From a virus (Duplodnaviria; Caudoviricetes): DNA of 64,000 nucleotides. The notes under the pieces were generated by a model. That model was given only the letters and a program-made list of their open reading frames with translations, was not told the DNA's origin and made no database searches. The position numbers and the translations under genes were made by a program. How positions within the stretch are numbered: the stretch's first letter is position 1; each line of letters starts with the position of its first letter. Below, one piece after another: positions 27,171-37,758 of this stretch. The stretch is from IMG/VR virus record IMGVR_UViG_2974753753_000001, positions 2,809 to 66,808 of that record. One strand, written 5' to 3'.

Positions 27171-28087
27171 TGGGGGCTCTGAGCCGCGGAGACAAGACCT
27201 GGGTCATCTACCGCGGGCCGGAGGGCGGCCGGTTCTGGCTGTCCGGGATGCCCGGTCGCGGAAAGCAGGGTGTCGAGCTGGCCAACGGACTCGTCGGACT
27301 CGACCGGCCGCCGACGGAGTTGGTCTGGCTCCAGGAGGCGAAGCAGAACGGCGCCGACCTCGTCGGGTCCAACGTCGACGTCCGCACGGTCAAGGGTGCG
27401 GTGAACATCCTGGGCCGGACCCCGCGGGAGCTGCGTGCGGCTTTCGACGAGTGGCAGCGGAACAACTTCTTCGACCGGTACTCCCGGCTGTTCTTCATCA
27501 ACAGCTACAGCGGCGTCCGGTACCTCGACGTGCTCCTCGGCGAGTCGACGAACCAGTCGATCGACAAGGACCCCGCGCTGCTCCGACGGATTGCCGACTA
27601 CCCCTGGACGTTCGTCAGCCCGAACCCCTACTACAAGGGCTACACCGAGGAGTTCACCGGCAAGGTTCCGGCCAGCGGAGAGTCGACCGTCGAGATCAAG
27701 GTGCGCAACCTCGGATCGGCACCGCGGACCTACCCGCGGATCTATCTGCCCGGGCCCGGCGTCTGGCACATCCCCCGAGGAACGCGCGCAGCGAACTGGC
27801 GCGGCGAGGAAAAGCTCGGCCCGATCGACAACGAGGACACGATCCCGCTCCCCGCGTTGAAGACCGGCGAGGGCATCTGGCTCAATCCGGATCCGCGCAT
27901 CGAGACCATCACCCGGGAGTCGGCCGACGGCAAGGAGAAGAACCTCTGGGCACAGATGAGCGGTCAACGACCGAGGCTCTGGCTCAATCCCCGAAGCGAA
28001 GAGACCTGGAAGTTCCGGGTCACCGGCGGGGTGTCCGGCCGCGAGGTCCGCATGGTCGTCCAGCCCCTCTACCTGACGTTCTGGTGA
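27170..28087 (+). CDS. Minor tail protein (distal tail-like)
   Basis: First gene after tape measure; TGATG coupling. Confidence 0.8.
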   Translation: MGALSRGDKTWVIYRGPEGGRFWLSGMPGRGKQGVELANGLVGLDRPPTELVWLQEAKQNGADLVGSNVDVRTVKGAVNILGRTPRELRAAFDEWQRNNFFDRYSRLFFINSYSGVRYLDVLLGESTNQSIDKDPALLRRIADYPWTFVSPNPYYKGYTEEFTGKVPASGESTVEIKVRNLGSAPRTYPRIYLPGPGVWHIPRGTRAANWRGEEKLGPIDNEDTIPLPALKTGEGIWLNPDPRIETITRESADGKEKNLWAQMSGQRPRLWLNPRSEETWKFRVTGGVSGREVRMVVQPLYLTFW

Positions 28088-28091
28088 GCCG

Positions 28092-29711
28092 ATGACCACC
28101 GCATTCATGGACCCGCCACCCATCTCGATGGACGATCGCGGGATCATCCCCTCGTGGCGCACCGAGGTCGACATCGAGGTCCGTCGCTGGATCGACGACG
28201 ACCCGATGGGCCTGGAGGGGTACTGCAACGACTTCATCGGCGCCGAGTTCGACTTCGCTGAGAACGAGACCGGCCCGGGCCAGATCGAGGTACCCCACAA
28301 CTCCCGGTGGGCCAAGATCTTCGCGAACTGCGACAACGAGAACGTGTTCGTTCATGCCCTGGTCAACGGCAAGTGGTGGACCGGTCGCGTCGACAAGTGC
28401 CGCAAGCGCCGAAAGGGCAAGAAGCGCACCGTCATTGCCGAGCTGGTCAGCGACTACGTCTGGCTCGAATCGATGTTCTGCTGGCCAAACAACTTCACCC
28501 CCTTGGGATTCCAGTGGCCCAAGAAGAACGTGAAGCTGATGCCGACGAAGTCGATGATCGAGAGCTACATCTTCGAGGTCATCTTCCGGCTCCAGGCGTT
28601 CGGCAGCGGGCTCTACCGGTTCCCGATCGGCTTCTTCAACGACCCCGGCAATCACTGGTGGTCGATGAACGTCAAGGACTGGGCGCAGCCGTGCGTGGTG
28701 ATCCCCGGCAACGTCCTCTACGACACGACCCGATGGAACGCACTGCTCGCGCGGATGACCCCGCTCGACGAGCTGTTCAAGGAGGTCGCCTACGACGAGC
28801 ACGTCGTCATCGAGGCGCAGGCCTGGGTCAAGGGTCGAGACCCGCAGCCGTCCAAGGACATCACCCTCGACAAGTCGTGCATCTACTTCCAGGTCAAGGA
28901 CAAACGAGGGGTCACCGGCCGCACCGGCACGCTGCTCGATGGCCTGTTCAACACCATCATCGACACGATCAGTCCGGTCGTGGGGAACGTCGTCGGCGCC
29001 TTCACCGAGAACAGCTCGATGTACTCGCTGTCGAAGTTCTACGGCACCGACCCCAAAGACCCCTGGGTGGTCATCCGCGAGGACGATCTCGACGACGACA
29101 TCGACGAGTCCGAAGTCATCATCAACTCGCCCCAGGCCCACACCGGGATCGTCGGCGGCCAGGCGCCTGAGTGGCTGAACAAGGGCATCGAGATGGTCGC
29201 CAACGCGGCGATCGGCGGGATTCTGGCCATGGCCGGGATCTCGTTCCTGTCGGACCTGATCAGCGGCGAACTCTCCGACATCGTCATGGCCTTCCAGAGT
29301 CAGACGAACGAGCGGCTGCGCGCCAAGTTCGGCATCTTCATGCTCCCGGAGGCCTTCGCGGGCACCGGCACGACGGCGTACACCTTCGACGCGGTCCAGG
29401 CTCTCCGCAAGATCATGTATGAGACCCGGCCGTACCGGTCGTTCTCGGTCACGATCAACGACGGGAAGCCGTTCATTCCGTTCGTCCACTTCGACATCGG
29501 GGACCCGATCGGGTGGGAGGACGAAGGGGAGATTCACGTCGACTACGTGCGCCGGATCACGGTCACGCTCAGCCGCGAGCGCAAGACGAAGATCACGATC
29601 AAGGTCGGTGACGACCAGGGGTTGAAGGACCCCATGGAGGCAGCGATGAAGCGGGTGCAGGGGGTCAAGCAGGCCTTCGACTTCTGGACTTTGTCGGACG
29701 CTGGGTCCTGA
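28092..29711 (+). CDS. Minor tail protein (baseplate hub-like)
   Basis: 539 aa; WTGRV, VGGQAPEWLN, HFDIGD motifs. Confidence 0.8.
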   Translation: MTTAFMDPPPISMDDRGIIPSWRTEVDIEVRRWIDDDPMGLEGYCNDFIGAEFDFAENETGPGQIEVPHNSRWAKIFANCDNENVFVHALVNGKWWTGRVDKCRKRRKGKKRTVIAELVSDYVWLESMFCWPNNFTPLGFQWPKKNVKLMPTKSMIESYIFEVIFRLQAFGSGLYRFPIGFFNDPGNHWWSMNVKDWAQPCVVIPGNVLYDTTRWNALLARMTPLDELFKEVAYDEHVVIEAQAWVKGRDPQPSKDITLDKSCIYFQVKDKRGVTGRTGTLLDGLFNTIIDTISPVVGNVVGAFTENSSMYSLSKFYGTDPKDPWVVIREDDLDDDIDESEVIINSPQAHTGIVGGQAPEWLNKGIEMVANAAIGGILAMAGISFLSDLISGELSDIVMAFQSQTNERLRAKFGIFMLPEAFAGTGTTAYTFDAVQALRKIMYETRPYRSFSVTINDGKPFIPFVHFDIGDPIGWEDEGEIHVDYVRRITVTLSRERKTKITIKVGDDQGLKDPMEAAMKRVQGVKQAFDFWTLSDAGS

Positions 29712-29742
29712 CCGATAGACTGACCGCGACCGAGGGAGAGAG

Positions 29743-30852
29743 ATGCCGGACACTATCAAGGAAGCCATCGTTCAGCTAAAGCTGCGATGGGACGGCGACG
29801 TGATGGACTACGAGTCCACCCGGCGCGCGATCATCGAGGTCACCAACGGTGTCGGCGAGCTGCTCCTCCCCCGCGGACGGCAGGGTGAACCCGGTAACGA
29901 CGGCGAACCCGGACCCAAGCTGGCACCCGACCTCGTCGTCGAGGAAGCCAACGACGCCGACGTCACCCCGCAGCTCCCCCAGGGACTCGCGGAGGGAGAC
30001 CGCGGGTACGTCGTCATCAACGACACCACCAAGACCGCGTGGTTCTGGTCGGGCGAGCAGTGGTTCATCGTCCACGACGTCGTCGGCCTCCAGGGGGAGA
30101 TCGGCCCGTCGGTCGGCTTCACCGTCGGCTCCGTCACCACCTCCCCGTCCGGAGGGCAGGCCTCGGTCTCCATCGATCCGTCGTCCACCCCGACGAACAA
30201 GATCCTCAACTTCACCCTCCCCCGGGGCGACAAAGGGGCTGTCGGCGTCGGTCAGAAGGGCGAGCCCGGCGACGCGATCACCACGGCGGCCGACTTCGAG
30301 ATGCCCGAGGAAGGCCTTCAGGACGGCCAGGTGCCGGTCTGGGACACCACCGCGGGCAAGTTCATCCCGTTGACCATCACTTCGGGACCGGTCGGACCAT
30401 ACGGGCTCGGACCCAACGAGTTCACCGTCGTCACCGACAACAACTGGTCGAACGACTACAAGGTCATCGCTCAGATCGAGATCCCCGCGCAGGCCTTCGC
30501 CTGGCACCCCCGGGTCTTCGCGCAGTGCGACGTCCGGCTCACCGGTATCCAGGCCCGCGTCGACCTCGAAGCCCGACTCGGCTCACCGACCGGACCCGTC
30601 GTCGGCCGAGGGCCCGGCAACACCATCTCGACCTTCATCGACAACTACTACCCGCGCGACCTTTCCCCGGCATTCGAGGGAGGGCCGATCACCCCGGACT
30701 CCTCGGCGTACTCCGTGGCTCGGGGAGCTGTCGGCACGATCTATCTCGTGATCCGGCGCATCGACACTCTGGCCACCTTCGGCGTTTCCACCCGGCGGGA
30801 TCGAGCATCGCTGGCCGTCTACTGCGACCCGATCCCGGGCTCGGAGAGCTGA
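29743..30852 (+). CDS. Minor tail protein with short collagen-like segments
   Basis: GxxGxxG runs; IPAQAFAWHPRV. Confidence 0.75.
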   Translation: MPDTIKEAIVQLKLRWDGDVMDYESTRRAIIEVTNGVGELLLPRGRQGEPGNDGEPGPKLAPDLVVEEANDADVTPQLPQGLAEGDRGYVVINDTTKTAWFWSGEQWFIVHDVVGLQGEIGPSVGFTVGSVTTSPSGGQASVSIDPSSTPTNKILNFTLPRGDKGAVGVGQKGEPGDAITTAADFEMPEEGLQDGQVPVWDTTAGKFIPLTITSGPVGPYGLGPNEFTVVTDNNWSNDYKVIAQIEIPAQAFAWHPRVFAQCDVRLTGIQARVDLEARLGSPTGPVVGRGPGNTISTFIDNYYPRDLSPAFEGGPITPDSSAYSVARGAVGTIYLVIRRIDTLATFGVSTRRDRASLAVYCDPIPGSES

Positions 30853-30853
30853 C

Positions 30854-33220
30854 ATGACCTACCCCGCGGAGGGAAACCGCGGCACTCCGCGCGAGCTGCT
30901 CGAAGCCGGAGCGCAGCTCGCGCTGAAGCGTGACATCTGGGACCCCAAGAGCGTCCAGGAGATCGTTGCCAAGATCTTCGACCTCTTCGACTTCGACATC
31001 CCCAATTGGCAAGACGCCATTGCCAATTGGGAGGCACTGAAGGACGCCTTCGAGGGCACCTATGTCGGAAATGACGTCGCGCTAAACATCATCCAGAACA
31101 CCGTCGGCACGATCCGCCGACTGGTCACCGGCCTCATCGACCCCTCGCGACTCCCGCTGATCCCGTTCAGCCACATCGGGGAGGCCTACCCCAACCTGCT
31201 CGACAACGGCAGCTTCGAGGGCCCGGACTCGCTCGCCGGTGACGACGACTGGGTCTGGGACAACGTCGAGGGGTACACCGCGCTCGGCTCCGCGAGAGCC
31301 ACTGCCGACGGAAGCCGGAAGGTGTTGCTGTCCAACGCAGTTGCCGCCACCCCCGAGCAGAAGTTCAACCTCGCCGGGTGGGTGAAGTGGGCCGGACTCA
31401 CCGCCGGTGCCGCGGCGCTGCGCGTCTCAGCCGTGGCCTACAACGGCACCACCGTGGTCGAGGAGTCGGTGATCGTCAACGCCGACTCGCCGTCTTCCTC
31501 GTCGGACTGGGTCGAGTTCACCGGAACGTATCAGGTCCCCTCCGGAGCCAACAGCGTGCGCGTGCAGGTCGAGGTCGGCGCGTCGGCCAGCGCGGGCACC
31601 GTGTGGTGGGACGACATGAAGATCTCGAAGTACGGCAGCCTCCCGCAGCGCTTCATCAGCGGGTTGCTCGACGCGCTCGGGGACCTCGGAGACGGCATCG
31701 CCGCGGTCGTCGGTCGGATCGGCGACTTCTTCGACAACATCACCGGTCGCGTCGGCGCCACGATCGTCGACATCCAGGAGTGGGTCTCTCAGCTCGGCAC
31801 CATCCTCTCCGGCGGGACCGTCGGCGCCGGGCTCCTTCCGACCTTGTCGAATGGCCTGCGCAACGTCGTCGGTGGCGTTCAGAACTTCATCCAGAACATC
31901 ATCGACACGATCCTTTCCGCGCTGCGCAAGGTGCCCGTCATCGGCGGGCTGCTCTCCGACGTCGAAGAAGACATGACTCAGCTCGGCGACACTGCGCAGA
32001 AGGGTCTGTCGATCGCACAGGACGGCCGCACGCTCGCACAGTCGACGGTCTATAACATCGCGACTTCCCGGCCGCTGTGGTCTGGTCTCGACCCGACCGC
32101 CGAGGTCTCATTCCCGTGGAACGAGCTGTTCTACAACACCGGCGGGGCCATCTCAACGCAGACCGTCACGCCGACGATCGCGCGCATCGCCAAGATCCGT
32201 TGCCAGGTCGACCAGATCATGAATACCGTGGCGTTCCTGGCCTCCAAAAGCGGTACGTCACAACAGGGTTACCTGAACATCTATCGCTACAACCCGGACA
32301 CAGCGATCTGGAATCGGGTCTACGCGAGTTCGGTGAGTTACGCCTCGCTCGTCGGCGCCTCGCTCAACCGGGTCACCGTGAAGTTCTCCGATGAGGGGTT
32401 CCCGGTCAGCGCGCAGGAACTCTACGCTTTCGAGTTCTGGGTCACCGGCGGGAACCTCACCTTCGCTGCGAAGACCGCGCCAGTCGCCCCGATCCCTGGA
32501 GTCGTTCCCGGCGCTATCGGCGGGTCGCGGAACCCGACCAGCGCGAACATGGACCAGATCACGAGCGCCGAGATGGAGGCGATGAACGACGGCAACACGA
32601 TCTATCTGGAGTTTGGATCGGACCTCGGGCAGCTCGAACTGCCGCGCCACTTCTTCATCAACTTCGACAACTTCTCGTGGCAGAACTGGGTCCGTAACAC
32701 CGTCAGCGACAACCAGCTTCAGATCGTCAACGGCCGGGTGCAGTACGGCGGGAACGACGATGGCCTTCAGACCGCGGTCTTCGGCTCCCAGACCCTCACC
32801 GACGAGATGGCGATCATCGGCCGGATCGATGAAGATCCGAAGACGCTGGCGTACTCCATCCTCGGGATCTGTTCGGACAACACCACGAGCAACAACAACG
32901 CGCAGACCGTCCTCATGCGGATCTACCAGGGATCGGTCGCGATCATGACTGGTGCGACCGTGCGCAACAGCGCCGACGGGACCTTCGTTGCCGGGGACTA
33001 CCGGCTGCGCGCCGAGTTCGTTGAGGGCGGGTTCCGGCGCTTCGTCGCCGAGCGATGGGACGGCCAGAACTGGGCCTTCATCGTCGACTGGGTCGACAGC
33101 GGCTCGGTCGCAGGCATCGGACCTGGCCGACGCTACGGCGTCATCGCGATCCATCACGCCTTCTTCAACGATGGGCCCCCGATCGACAACGTCCAGATCC
33201 TCGACATGGCCGCGGCCTGA
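30854..33220 (+). CDS. Minor tail protein (carbohydrate-binding-like domain)
   Basis: 788 aa; NLLDNGSFE...VWWDD. Confidence 0.75.
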   Translation: MTYPAEGNRGTPRELLEAGAQLALKRDIWDPKSVQEIVAKIFDLFDFDIPNWQDAIANWEALKDAFEGTYVGNDVALNIIQNTVGTIRRLVTGLIDPSRLPLIPFSHIGEAYPNLLDNGSFEGPDSLAGDDDWVWDNVEGYTALGSARATADGSRKVLLSNAVAATPEQKFNLAGWVKWAGLTAGAAALRVSAVAYNGTTVVEESVIVNADSPSSSSDWVEFTGTYQVPSGANSVRVQVEVGASASAGTVWWDDMKISKYGSLPQRFISGLLDALGDLGDGIAAVVGRIGDFFDNITGRVGATIVDIQEWVSQLGTILSGGTVGAGLLPTLSNGLRNVVGGVQNFIQNIIDTILSALRKVPVIGGLLSDVEEDMTQLGDTAQKGLSIAQDGRTLAQSTVYNIATSRPLWSGLDPTAEVSFPWNELFYNTGGAISTQTVTPTIARIAKIRCQVDQIMNTVAFLASKSGTSQQGYLNIYRYNPDTAIWNRVYASSVSYASLVGASLNRVTVKFSDEGFPVSAQELYAFEFWVTGGNLTFAAKTAPVAPIPGVVPGAIGGSRNPTSANMDQITSAEMEAMNDGNTIYLEFGSDLGQLELPRHFFINFDNFSWQNWVRNTVSDNQLQIVNGRVQYGGNDDGLQTAVFGSQTLTDEMAIIGRIDEDPKTLAYSILGICSDNTTSNNNAQTVLMRIYQGSVAIMTGATVRNSADGTFVAGDYRLRAEFVEGGFRRFVAERWDGQNWAFIVDWVDSGSVAGIGPGRRYGVIAIHHAFFNDGPPIDNVQILDMAAA

Positions 33221-34597
33221 TGGCCTGGTCACCCACCCCCGGGGTCGATGCCCCGGTCAATCCCGGCCTCGGCTGGTCGGCTGACGGACCCCAGGGACCG
33301 CCGGTCGACCCCATCGTCGGCTGGTGGGTGAAGAAGCAGCTCCTCGCGCTGGCCGAGAGCTACAGCGAGCACACCGCGACCCTCGCGGCCCATCTCCGCG
33401 CCGAGATGGCGGCCACCGGAACCTTCTCCGCAGCGTCGGTCGCGCATCTCGTCGCCACCATCACGGCCGCCGCCACCCATCCGACCTCTCTGGCAGCGCG
33501 ACTTATCGCGACCATGCCGAGCGAGGCCGTCCACAGCGCACGAGCCAGCCTGCCGGTCAGCGGCATCGCCCCGTCTAGCGCGGCCTTCCCCGCGGCCGTG
33601 AGAGCGCAGCTCTTCGCCATGGCGATGGGTCTGTCGGAGCAGTCGGCTACCGTGGTAGCCCATCTCGTCGCGACTTTCGTCTCGTCGGCCTCCTTCCCCG
33701 CCGCGGCGGCGTACAGCCCGGTCGAGCCGACGACCACGACCTACACCACCGTCGGTCGCGCATCTCGTCGCCACCATCACGGCCGCCGCCACCCATCCGA
33801 CCTCTCTGGCAGCGCGACTTATCGCGACCATGCCGAGCGAGGCCGTCCACAGCGCACGAGCCAGCCTGCCGGTCAGCGGCATCGCCCCGTCTAGCGCGGC
33901 CTTCCCCGCGGCCGTGAGAGCGCAGCTCTTCGCCATGGCGATGGGTCTGTCGGAGCAGTCGGCTACCGTGGTAGCCCATCTCGTCGCGACTTTCGTCTCG
34001 TCGGCCTCCTTCCCCGCCGCGGCGGCGTACAGCCCGGTCGAGCCGACGACCACGACCTACACCACCGTCGGCGCCTTCACCTATCCGATCCCGAACTGGT
34101 GCATCTTCATCGACATCATCGGGCTCGGTGGCGGGAAGGGTGGGCAGACCGGCTCCGGTGCCAACGGTCAGCCTGGCTCCGGCGGTCTCCCCGGGGTGTG
34201 GGCCGGGATCACTCTCCAGCGCGGGGTCGACATCCCTTGGAGTGAAACGCAATTCCCCGGGGTTGTCGGTGCCGGAGGAGCGGGAGGCGCCAACTCGGAC
34301 AATGCAGCCGGGCAGAACGGGACGGCGTCGACGATCACCGCGTCAGTCGGCACACTGACGGCGGCGGGAGGGACCGGCGTCAACAGCGGATCGACGAGAC
34401 GCGATGGTCCGGGCCCGGGCAACTACACTTACCTCGGCATCGAGTACGTCGGTGGCGCGCTGTCTGACGGGAGTGGCCTCCCGGGTAATCCGCCCGGCGG
34501 CGGCGGATCTGGCGGTAACGGGGGCGTGTTCGGCAACAGGACCCGCGGCGGCGCGGGAGCGAGGGGACAGGTGTGGCTTCGAGCGCGACAGTCGTAG
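33220..34597 (+). CDS. Gly-rich minor tail protein, frameshifted by a 316-bp tandem duplication
   Basis: ATG33220 is coupled to the upstream stop; removing one repeat copy gives a single 353-aa ORF ending GGAGARGQVWLRARQS. Confidence 0.7.
33434..34071. repeat. 316-bp tandem direct duplication
   Basis: 33434-33749 = 33750-34065, bounded by CGTCGG microhomology at 33434, 33750 and 34066. Confidence 0.95.
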
Positions 34598-34875
34598 AGT
34601 TCGAGACCGAGTTTTGGATCGAGTTCGGCACCCGACAGGTTGTGCCGGTCGGAACGGAGATCCTCGGTCGTCGGCTCGACGAGGGGTATTTGGTTGTCGA
34701 GGCGCGGTGCATCTACGACTACGCCCCCTTTTCCGACGGGTACGCTCCCGCCTTCGACTTCCAGGCGACGGTGCTGGAGGCCACGCTGTTCGGAGAACTC
34801 CTCGACCCGGTCGAGGTCACCTGCACCAGCTCGCCGGACGGCGAGGGTGCGCGCATCACCACGATCAAGGAGTAG
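34573..34875 (+). CDS. Hypothetical tail-region protein
   Basis: Fills the gap; start uncertain. Confidence 0.6.
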   Translation: MASSATVVEFETEFWIEFGTRQVVPVGTEILGRRLDEGYLVVEARCIYDYAPFSDGYAPAFDFQATVLEATLFGELLDPVEVTCTSSPDGEGARITTIKE

Positions 34876-34878
34876 ACC

Positions 34879-35220
34879 ATGGCCGCAACGAACGCCGACA
34901 AGATCGCGATCGCTGAGTACATCGCCAGCCGCGGGAACAAGGTCACCCCGCACAACGGCGATCCCGGGACGACAGGGGCAAGTCGCATCGGAACCCTGGA
35001 AGGCAACACCACCTGGGGCTCCGGCGCGATGGACGGGTCGGTCGCGCAGGTGGTCGGTAGCGCGGTGCCTCTCACAATCCCGGGCAACGCCAACGTGACG
35101 CACTATGGGATCTGGAACGGGACGACCTTCCTCCGTGGGTATCCCCTGGATAACCCCATCACCATCGGCCCCACGGCCACCTCGGTCGACATCACCCCGA
35201 AGGTCCGATATACGAGCTGA
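34879..35220 (+). CDS. Small tail-associated protein
   Basis: AAGGAG RBS; HNGDPGTTGA..VTHYGIW. Confidence 0.75.
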   Translation: MAATNADKIAIAEYIASRGNKVTPHNGDPGTTGASRIGTLEGNTTWGSGAMDGSVAQVVGSAVPLTIPGNANVTHYGIWNGTTFLRGYPLDNPITIGPTATSVDITPKVRYTS

Positions 35221-35278
35221 GTTTCGACCGGCGGTCGTCGCCGGTGCTACCGTCGGGGTACCGGGAGAGGGAGTGAAG

Positions 35279-35911
35279 ATGGCCGCTGGCGACGTCGTAC
35301 TGAAGTTCGACCACGTGATCATTCCGCAGGAGACGTACTACTGGTGCGGACCTGCGACGATGCAGGTTCTCCTGTCGATCCGCGGGATCAAGGTCACCGA
35401 GAAGTACATGGCCGACCAGCTCGGGACCACCGTCAACGGCACCGACACCATCCTCTACCTCACCCGCGAGCTGAACGAGCGCCTCGGCGACATCTACCGA
35501 ACCGTGCAGGTCCCGGGAGCCGGAGACCTCACCCAGTTCCGCAAGCACGTCTTCCACTCGATCGACGCCGGATTCGGTGTCGGCGGGAACATCATGGTCC
35601 CTCCGGCCAACTACCCGCGACCACAACGGGGGGAGCGTGCGAGCTACAGCGGAGGGTGGGTCTACCACTACTGGTCGATCGTCGGGAAGAACGAACGACT
35701 CGACCAGATGGCGATCGCCGACAGCGGGTTTCCCGACTACTTCTACTGGGTCACCAGCGAGCAAGCACTCTCGATGATCTCCGGCAAGGGGTACACCTGG
35801 GCCGCGAACGCCAAGGTCGCCGACGACTTCCTCGGATCGCTGTCCGACGCCGACCAGCGCCGCGTGCTCGCCGCTGCGATCCAGGTCTCCGAGCCCCACC
35901 GAGGAGCATGA
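35279..35911 (+). CDS. Lysin A, C39-like cysteine peptidase half
   Basis: QETYYWCGPA (Cys), YHY (His), IADSGF. Confidence 0.85.
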   Translation: MAAGDVVLKFDHVIIPQETYYWCGPATMQVLLSIRGIKVTEKYMADQLGTTVNGTDTILYLTRELNERLGDIYRTVQVPGAGDLTQFRKHVFHSIDAGFGVGGNIMVPPANYPRPQRGERASYSGGWVYHYWSIVGKNERLDQMAIADSGFPDYFYWVTSEQALSMISGKGYTWAANAKVADDFLGSLSDADQRRVLAAAIQVSEPHRGA

Positions 35912-36933
35912 TGGACGCCGCCACACTGCGCCAGGCGCTCATGCCGACGACCAAGTCGGCCGACGACCTGCGTCCGTTCGTCCCCTTCGTCGAGAACGCG
36001 ATGGAGATCGCCGGAGTCAACACCGTCCGGCGGGCCGCCGCGTGGTTCGCCACCCTCGGCGAGGAGACCGGCGGGTTCGCGAACTTCGTCGAGCTGTGGG
36101 GACCGACCGCACAGCAGCGCGGGTACGAAGGCCGGGCCGACCTCGGCAACAACGTCCGCGGGGACGGATACCGCTTCCGAGGGCGAGGAGCCATCCAGCT
36201 CACCGGCCGGAACAACTACCGAGAGTTCGGAAAGTGGTGTGTCGCACGAGGTCTCGTTGACGACCCCGAGCACTTCACGAAGAATCCGGACCTCGTCGCG
36301 ACGCCGCGATGGGGGTTCCTGGCCGCGGCGAAATACTGGTCGACGACCTCGCGCAAGGGGAAGACGATCAACGAATGGGCCGACGCCGGGGACATCCTGG
36401 CCGTCAGCCGATGTGTCAACGGCTGGGTCGAAGGGGCTGTGCCCTGGGGATGGCCGGGACGACAGCAGCGTTACAAGACATGTCTCGCGCTCGGCGAGGC
36501 AATCCTACCGGGAGGTTTTCTCATGGCACTCGACGACAAGGCTCAGGGGACTATCCTCGGCGCCGCGATCCAGACCGGCGAAGCACAGGTCACCGACGTG
36601 GAGAAGGGTGTGATCGGCCCGCGGCCGCAGCGCAACACCCAGTTCTACAACGTCGACGGCAACCCGTCGCTCGCGGCCAAGGGGAAGAAGCTCGCCTACC
36701 TGCGCGCGATGGTCATGGACCTCTGGAACGAGCTGGTCTACGACGGCTACGTCGCCGACGTCCAGGACCCCGCGCTCGACAGCGGTCGATACGGCTCGCC
36801 GGTGCGATTCATCACCGCGATCCACAAGAACGTCCGCCAGTCCTTCCTCCTGATCAAGGCGATTGCGGAGAAGGTCGGCGTGGACACCAAGGCCGTGCTC
36901 GAACCGGCCCCAACCATCGAGGAGAAGAAGTGA
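35908..36933 (+). CDS. Lysin A, GH19 glycoside hydrolase half plus C-terminal domain
   Basis: ETGG, GDGYRFRGRGAIQLTGRNNY, VNG. Confidence 0.9.
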   Translation: MMDAATLRQALMPTTKSADDLRPFVPFVENAMEIAGVNTVRRAAAWFATLGEETGGFANFVELWGPTAQQRGYEGRADLGNNVRGDGYRFRGRGAIQLTGRNNYREFGKWCVARGLVDDPEHFTKNPDLVATPRWGFLAAAKYWSTTSRKGKTINEWADAGDILAVSRCVNGWVEGAVPWGWPGRQQRYKTCLALGEAILPGGFLMALDDKAQGTILGAAIQTGEAQVTDVEKGVIGPRPQRNTQFYNVDGNPSLAAKGKKLAYLRAMVMDLWNELVYDGYVADVQDPALDSGRYGSPVRFITAIHKNVRQSFLLIKAIAEKVGVDTKAVLEPAPTIEEKK

Positions 36934-37244
36934 CTCTGCCCAACGTGCCCGACGTCCCGTCCAGCGTCGTCATCGACGAACTCCGGGCTACCCTGGAGCG
37001 TCAGCCGTGGTACAAACGGTTCGCCAACACCGTCACGACCGCGGTCGGCGTGCTGTCGCTGGTCATCTGGACCCTGGCGGCCAACGGCTTCGATCTCTCC
37101 GACGCATGGAAGAACGGGATCGGCGCAGCCCTGGCCGTGCTGACCGTGCTCGGCGTGCTGAGAACCCCGAACGGCGTCACCCCGCGCGGAGTGGCGACAG
37201 TCCAGGTTGCCGCCGTCTCCGCCGGTCGCCATCGACAGGAGTAA
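36930..37244 (+). CDS. Holin
   Basis: GTGA overlap; QPWYKRFANTV, two TM helices, GVLRTPNGVT. Confidence 0.75.
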   Translation: MTLPNVPDVPSSVVIDELRATLERQPWYKRFANTVTTAVGVLSLVIWTLAANGFDLSDAWKNGIGAALAVLTVLGVLRTPNGVTPRGVATVQVAAVSAGRHRQE

Positions 37245-37248
37245 CCGA

Positions 37249-37758
37249 GTGCTCGATCGCCTGAAGGACCACCTCCCCGAGAAGGGAGGTTGGGTTCCGC
37301 TGATCCCCCTTCCGGTCCGGATGATCATCCTGATCCTTTGGGCGATCGAGCCTATCTCGCGAGGACTCGACTACATCACTGGCGATGCCCCGAACGTCAC
37401 CCAATCGCTCAACGCGGTCGAGGGGGCGCTTCCCCTTCAAGCCTGGGGTGCCTTCTGCCTCACCGCTGGCGTGCTCATCCTGGCCGGGTTCGCCGGACGG
37501 TGGAAACGGATCGCTATCTCCGGTCTCCACATCGCTGGGGCGACGTACTTCTGCCTGGCCGTCGGCCTGACTGACACAGCCATCGAACGAGGGGGCGACG
37601 GCTTCCGCACCCCGGTGATGTTCTTCATCTTCGCGCTCACATACTGGTGTGCCGCGTTCGGATATGCTCTGGTCCGACGCGAGCAAGTGGTCGTTGTCAC
37701 CGATGACGACCCGGAAGACGCGAAGGTGCCCGATGGAACTGCCGATCCCCACCACTGA
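37249..37758 (+). CDS. 4-TM membrane protein of the lysis cassette
   Basis: AGGAG RBS; four hydrophobic segments; RGLDY. Confidence 0.75.
   Translation: MLDRLKDHLPEKGGWVPLIPLPVRMIILILWAIEPISRGLDYITGDAPNVTQSLNAVEGALPLQAWGAFCLTAGVLILAGFAGRWKRIAISGLHIAGATYFCLAVGLTDTAIERGGDGFRTPVMFFIFALTYWCAAFGYALVRREQVVVVTDDDPEDAKVPDGTADPHH

Noticed and set aside
10255-29768. Long antisense or alternate-frame ORFs (e.g. 10255..12024, 12139..13737, 23162..24967, 24534..26801, 28020..29768)
   Set aside because: Shadow ORFs expected opposite strongly GC3-biased genes; no RBS or motifs
33434-34071. Diversity-generating retroelement template/variable repeat pair
   Set aside because: The copies are adjacent and appear identical, with no adenine-specific mismatches and no reverse transcriptase in the window
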